A DNA stretch of 64,000 nt. Source: an uncultured Ignavibacteriaceae bacterium (GTDB lineage: Bacteria; Bacteroidota; Ignavibacteria; UBA10030). Position 1 is the first letter of the stretch; each line of letters begins with the position of its first letter. The notes under the pieces were generated by a model, which was given only the letters and a program-made list of their open reading frames with translations, was not told the origin of the DNA and did no database searches. The DNA is taken from positions 51,533 to 115,532 of the forward strand of contig CAZYYD010000003.1 in assembly GCA_964651225.1 (NCBI GenBank), given 5' to 3'. The position numbers were made by a program, and so were the translations under genes. Shown one piece after another: positions 60,324 through 64,000 of the stretch.

Positions 60324-60755
60324 ATGAGACAGTTAGTATTCATTTCACAGACTATCATCCAAATCTTCGTTGCTGTAGGGGCGCTGGTCTGCGGTCTCCT
60401 CTTGATCATCGATCCCTCGGATGTACTCCTCCAAATGCATCCTGATATACTGAAGGATTCTCCTTTTCATGATTTTCTTGCTCCAGGAGTCATTCTGTTT
60501 CTGGTGAATGGCGTCGGTCAGCTCTTCGCCGGATTACTCAGCATCCGGAGGCACCGTTTTGCAGGCTATGTTGGTGCGGTGTTCGGTATAGGCTTGATGA
60601 CCTGGATTTTCGTTCAGGTCAATATGATCGGTGGCAGGCACATTCTCCAATACAGCTATTTTCTATTCGGCCTCCTCGAAACTGCTCTTTCTTTCTCGAT
60701 CCATAATTACCTTACAGCTGCGAGAGAACAAAGAACCGCCAGCAGCAGTGTATAA
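60324..60755 (+). CDS. hypothetical membrane protein
   Basis: 143 aa with four hydrophobic helices. The stop codon lies inside the GTATAAC box. Confidence 0.55.
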   Translation: MRQLVFISQTIIQIFVAVGALVCGLLLIIDPSDVLLQMHPDILKDSPFHDFLAPGVILFLVNGVGQLFAGLLSIRRHRFAGYVGAVFGIGLMTWIFVQVNMIGGRHILQYSYFLFGLLETALSFSIHNYLTAAREQRTASSSV

Positions 60756-60879
60756 CAAACGCCAAACGCCGCGCAGGAGGGCACCGATCAAATACATTGG
60801 GATTATCAAGCCGGTCCCGAATCTACACTTCTGGATAGACGCCGGCTCCATTGAGTTTGCCTTAACGACGGAGGTTCAC
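60750..60879 (+). other. attC-like junction (R'' good, R' weak)
   Basis: GTATAAC (60750-60756), AAAC and GCCAAAC ... GTTTGCC-TTAAC. The only GTT word is GTTCACC (60873-60879). GGAGG and the next ATG (60881) lie at its 3' end. Confidence 0.4.
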
Positions 60880-60880
60880 C

Positions 60881-61696
60881 ATGAGAATAGTCGATCTGAA
60901 CGAACAGCATCTGCCTCTCTATTTTGTTTGCCTTGAAGATTGGTCAGACGAGATCAAGGAAGCTGGCCGCCACAAGGAAGTCTGGTATCACCGAATGAAA
61001 GACAAAGGACTTCGGGTCAAGCTGGCGCTGGACGACCAAGGTACCGTGGGCGGGATGATCCAGTATGTTCCCATCGAATACTCCGTCGTTGAAGGGTCCG
61101 GTCTGTTCTTTATCAACTGCATCTGGGTTCATGGCCACAAACAAGGAAGGGGAAACTTCCAGCATCGGGGCATGGGCAAGGCGCTCCTTGAAGCTGCCGA
61201 ATTTGATGCCCGGGAACTCGGAGCCAAAGGCATCGCCGCCTGGGGTCTTCTCATTCCCGTGTTTATGCGCGCCTCCTGGTTCAAGAAGCACGGTTATCGA
61301 AGTGCCGACAGACAGGGTATCCAGGTTCTCCTGTGGAAGCCCTTCACACCTGATGCCGTCCCTCCAGCATGGATTCGACAAAAAGGCAAACCTCCTCTTG
61401 AACAGGGCAAGGTAACCGTCACCGCCTTTTGCAGCGGCTGGTGTCCGGCTCAGAACATGGCATTTGAGCGGGCCAAAAGAGCTGCTGCTGAGCCGGAATT
61501 TGCAGAGAAGGCCGTGTACCGCGAAGTCGACACATTCGATCGAACGGAGCTGCTGCGGTCCGGAATCTCCGACGCACTGTTCGTCAACCACAAAGAGGTA
61601 CGGACAGGCCCCCCTCCTTCGTACGAGAAAATAAGAAAACTGATAGGCAAGCAGGCCAAGAAGACCAGATCACTAATATCAGGTAAAGGCGCGTAA
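60881..61696 (+). CDS. GNAT-type acetyltransferase with a C-terminal thioredoxin-like/YoaP-like extension (tentative)
   Basis: ..WVHGHKQGRGNFQHRGMGKALLEAA.. acetyl-CoA loop. The C-terminal segment has TAFCSGWCP. Confidence 0.6.
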   Translation: MRIVDLNEQHLPLYFVCLEDWSDEIKEAGRHKEVWYHRMKDKGLRVKLALDDQGTVGGMIQYVPIEYSVVEGSGLFFINCIWVHGHKQGRGNFQHRGMGKALLEAAEFDARELGAKGIAAWGLLIPVFMRASWFKKHGYRSADRQGIQVLLWKPFTPDAVPPAWIRQKGKPPLEQGKVTVTAFCSGWCPAQNMAFERAKRAAAEPEFAEKAVYREVDTFDRTELLRSGISDALFVNHKEVRTGPPPSYEKIRKLIGKQAKKTRSLISGKGA

Positions 61697-61716
61697 CAGG
61701 CAGCGGCCAGCAACCG

Positions 61717-62079
61717 GTGATGGATACTTTTCTAGCATATTGCGGTTTGGACTGTGATGGTTGCCCAATTCATCTGGCAACTTTGGAGCCAGACCAAGCG
61801 AAACAAAAAGCGATGAGGCTTGAAATCGCTCGCATCTGCAGTCAACAGTACGGTATGGACTTGCTTCCTCAGGATGTTACCGACTGTGATGGCTGCCGTT
61901 CGCAAACGAACCGACTCTTCTCCGGTTGTTCAAGATGTGAAATTAGAAAGTGTGCAATCGAAAAGAACCTCACAAGTTGTGCTCTCTGTCTTGATTATGC
62001 GTGCCGGAAGCTTCTGAAGCACTTCGAGTCTGACCCTGCTGCTCAAACCCGGCTCGAAGCCATGAGAGCCTCTCACTGA
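61717..62079 (+). CDS. DUF3795-like Cys-rich protein
   Basis: YCGLDCDGCPIH .. CDGCR .. CSRCEIRKCA .. CALCLDYAC. Confidence 0.65.
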   Translation: MMDTFLAYCGLDCDGCPIHLATLEPDQAKQKAMRLEIARICSQQYGMDLLPQDVTDCDGCRSQTNRLFSGCSRCEIRKCAIEKNLTSCALCLDYACRKLLKHFESDPAAQTRLEAMRASH

Positions 62080-62117
62080 AGTTTGGCACCATTGCCCAAG
62101 GTTGATGACGGCCAGAG

Positions 62118-62205
62118 GCATAGAACAAACACCAAATTCTGCGCAGCGGAGACCCGATCGAAAACGCCGGGATAAATAAGGTTGTTTACCTAAACGGAAC
62201 GCGGG
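62118..62205 (+). other. attC-like junction (degenerate)
   Basis: GCATAGAAC-AAAC (62118-62130) and a GCGCAGCGGAGACCCGATCG module homologous to 60771-60795. The 3' part is GTTTACC-TAAAC-GGAACGC, with no GTT core. Confidence 0.3.
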
Positions 62206-62246
62206 CATATGTATTCAGATTTGTCAGAGCAAAAAGAAAGGTCAAT

Positions 62247-63785
62247 ATGTCGGATACCAGGAAGTGTTGTGTCATCCGTCTGATTGCTGCCCTATCTGTT
62301 TTACTGTCAGGGACGCTGCTTTCTCAACCGGATCGTACAGCTGATCTTAAGAAAATGATCGAGGAAAGAGTTACGTGGGATTATCCGAGCTTTGTCCTTG
62401 ACAAACTCCGGTCACACCGTATTGTTATGCTTGCCGATGCCGGCCATGGGATTGGTCTGTACCAACAGACTGTTATCGAAGTGTTGAATAGCTGGGCAAC
62501 CGCTTGCGAGGCTGCGCATCAAGGAGATACTTCATCTATGCTCCCCCGCACGCTCTTCCTTGTTCTCGAGATGGATTCTCTCCGTGCAGACGCTTTGAAA
62601 AGGTACTTCAAATCCGGAGACATCGCAGAAGCGCTCGAACCTGAATCCCTTATGGGCTATCAAACCACTGCTGCATCGATCGAATTCCTGTCGGACCTCC
62701 GCGATTTCTGGCTCCGGGTAGACACGCTGAACCGCACTCTCCTCAAAGATCACCCCGTCAGTTTCGATCTCATCGGTCCTGAAAATAAAATCAATACGCT
62801 CGATTGGTCGAATGAGAGAAAGGATCGATATTTCTTCAGCGAGCGCGATGAATATTCATCATCCCAGATCATACATCTCCTGGACAGCCGGCCTGAGGCA
62901 AAAGCGCTCCTGTTTTACGGCTCCGCCCATTATCTGGTTGGTGAGCAGCAAAAGCGGGGAGAAAAATCTGTCGGTAAGGGATATTATCTTGCACATTATC
63001 TCACCGAACATTTTCGGGAGCGGGGTGGGATTTATACCTTCGAACAGGTTTCTATTCCCCTTGCGGATCAGCTGGACGATGTATTTCGGAAGATTGGAAA
63101 ATCGTTCGCCGCGGATAATTCTTCCTGGACTAATATTCCGGTTGGTGCAAATTCGTTCCTCCCGCATTTTGACGGTACGATCTTTTTCAATACCAGGACG
63201 ATACAAGTACCGCATATTTCGAGAATCTTCACAGAGAATCTGGTTAATGCGATCCTGAAGAAGATCGATGCGTACTGTAATACGTCGAATGAATACAGCC
63301 GGTATTACTTGAAGCTCTGGTTCGTGTATTTATCCAACTTCACGGATAAAAATTACACACAGATTAATCCGGGTGATTCCCTGGCCGTTGCCGCAGCCTT
63401 GAGCGAACTCAAATCCTGGCGTGCATCAACGAAACTGGATGTGGTACACGACATCGAAACTCTTGCCATCTGGAAGCGCTCCATAGAGAGGATCCGCAGT
63501 TCCTCGGACCCGCAATCGATGCAGTACGAGCGTCTCCTGGCCGGCTCTATCGGATTCAAGGTCTGGTTTCAAAACGGCGCTTCGCCCGCAGTACGGGCCG
63601 ATGCAGTATGGGAGTATATCAAGAGGTACAAGAAGGCGATTATCATCGACAACCTCGCCGCGTTGCTATGGATCGGTACAGCCGCGGAAAAAGAAAAGGC
63701 TCTCTCAATTCTTGAACGTGAAACAGGGCAGAAGTTTCGGAGAGCGAAAGAGTGGACGCGATGGCTGGAACAATCGAAACTTTGA
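62247..63785 (+). CDS. hypothetical secreted protein
   Basis: 512 aa with signal peptide ..LIAALSVLLSGTLLS. No family recognised. Confidence 0.6.
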   Translation: MSDTRKCCVIRLIAALSVLLSGTLLSQPDRTADLKKMIEERVTWDYPSFVLDKLRSHRIVMLADAGHGIGLYQQTVIEVLNSWATACEAAHQGDTSSMLPRTLFLVLEMDSLRADALKRYFKSGDIAEALEPESLMGYQTTAASIEFLSDLRDFWLRVDTLNRTLLKDHPVSFDLIGPENKINTLDWSNERKDRYFFSERDEYSSSQIIHLLDSRPEAKALLFYGSAHYLVGEQQKRGEKSVGKGYYLAHYLTEHFRERGGIYTFEQVSIPLADQLDDVFRKIGKSFAADNSSWTNIPVGANSFLPHFDGTIFFNTRTIQVPHISRIFTENLVNAILKKIDAYCNTSNEYSRYYLKLWFVYLSNFTDKNYTQINPGDSLAVAAALSELKSWRASTKLDVVHDIETLAIWKRSIERIRSSSDPQSMQYERLLAGSIGFKVWFQNGASPAVRADAVWEYIKRYKKAIIIDNLAALLWIGTAAEKEKALSILERETGQKFRRAKEWTRWLEQSKL

Positions 63786-63820
63786 TCTCTCTCTTCGTTT
63801 TCCGTACCGATGGAACAGCC

Positions 63821-63877
63821 TGATAACAAACGGATTTACCAGTCAAATATAAGGGAGCGAAACCATTGCAGTTGATC
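63821..63877 (+). other. short attC site candidate (57 bp)
   Basis: R'' TGATAAC (63821-63827), AAAC and GGATTT, then GAAACC (63859-63864), ATTGCA and R' GTTGATC (63871-63877). The geometry is canonical but the stems are short. Confidence 0.45.
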
Positions 63878-64000
63878 GTCTCGGCAGTTTTAATCACACT
63901 CGCATTGATCTTTTACTCGGTCGGAGTATGGTCCGAAAGAATCGCCCGGTATCTGAAACCATGGCATGTGGCCGCATTTTGGACCGGTTTTTTGTTCGAT
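63866..64000 (+). CDS. HsmA/TIGR03987-like small membrane protein, 3' end cut by the window edge
   Basis: The frame is open to base 64000. Translation ..LIVSAVLITLALIFYSVGVWSERIARYLKPWHVAAFWTGFLFD matches my recollection of that family. TTG starts at 63866 (after AAGGGAG) or 63872. Confidence 0.5.
   Translation, partial: MQLIVSAVLITLALIFYSVGVWSERIARYLKPWHVAAFWTGFLFD

Larger units (their letters stand above)
51336..64000 (+). mobile_element. integron-type gene cassette array without an integrase in the window (CALIN-like); it runs off the 3' edge
   Basis: 12-13 unrelated + strand ORFs are each followed by an RYYYAAC box. Three junctions fold as full attC-type palindromes. Cassette-start versus cassette-end core complementarity holds for 4-5 cassettes. 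No tyrosine recombinase ORF is present. Confidence 0.65.

Noticed and set aside
51336-64000. The repeated junction sequences, considered as a CRISPR array.
   Set aside because: The repeats are imperfect palindromes of variable length separated by 0.4-1.5 kb protein-coding genes. They are not short identical repeats with uniform spacers, and there are no cas genes.

Overview
The window looks like a bacterial chromosome, probably from the FCB group and Ignavibacteria-like. That assignment is inferred from a T9SS C-terminal sorting domain and frequent AGGAGG-type ribosome-binding sites. Positions 1-51.3 kb are mostly ordinary housekeeping and envelope genes. They include glgP (cut by the window edge), a B12/radical-SAM enzyme, folD, a ymdB-like gene, a minus-strand exopolysaccharide block (two GT4 glycosyltransferases, a deacetylase-like protein and a flippase), purM and a ParA-like ATPase. 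They also include valS, a queD-queE-queF-queC cluster, an OsmC family protein, an acyl-CoA ligase, dinB and a 1088-aa T9SS cargo protein. Further along are truA, an orphan DNA methyltransferase, nadC-nadA-nadB, an SPFH protein, an M16 peptidase, a PAP2 phosphatase, a hemerythrin, TlpA/DsbD redox genes and a serpin. I recognised no rRNA, tRNA or CRISPR array by eye. The unusual part runs from about 51.3 kb to the window end. There, 12-13 functionally unrelated ORFs all lie on the + strand, and almost every one is followed within 0-48 nt by an RYYYAAC box. Three junctions fold as full attC-type imperfect palindromes (RYYYAAC ... GTTRRRY). The first bases after each GTT are complementary to the RYYYAAC box at the far end of the same ORF, which is the expected signature of integron cassettes. 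No tyrosine recombinase is present in the window, so I read this as an integron-type cassette array without an integrase (CALIN-like, or the distal part of a sedentary chromosomal integron). Its sites are unusually long (135-229 bp), carry conserved internal modules, and appear decayed in the distal half. All attC calls were made by eye and need covariance-model confirmation.
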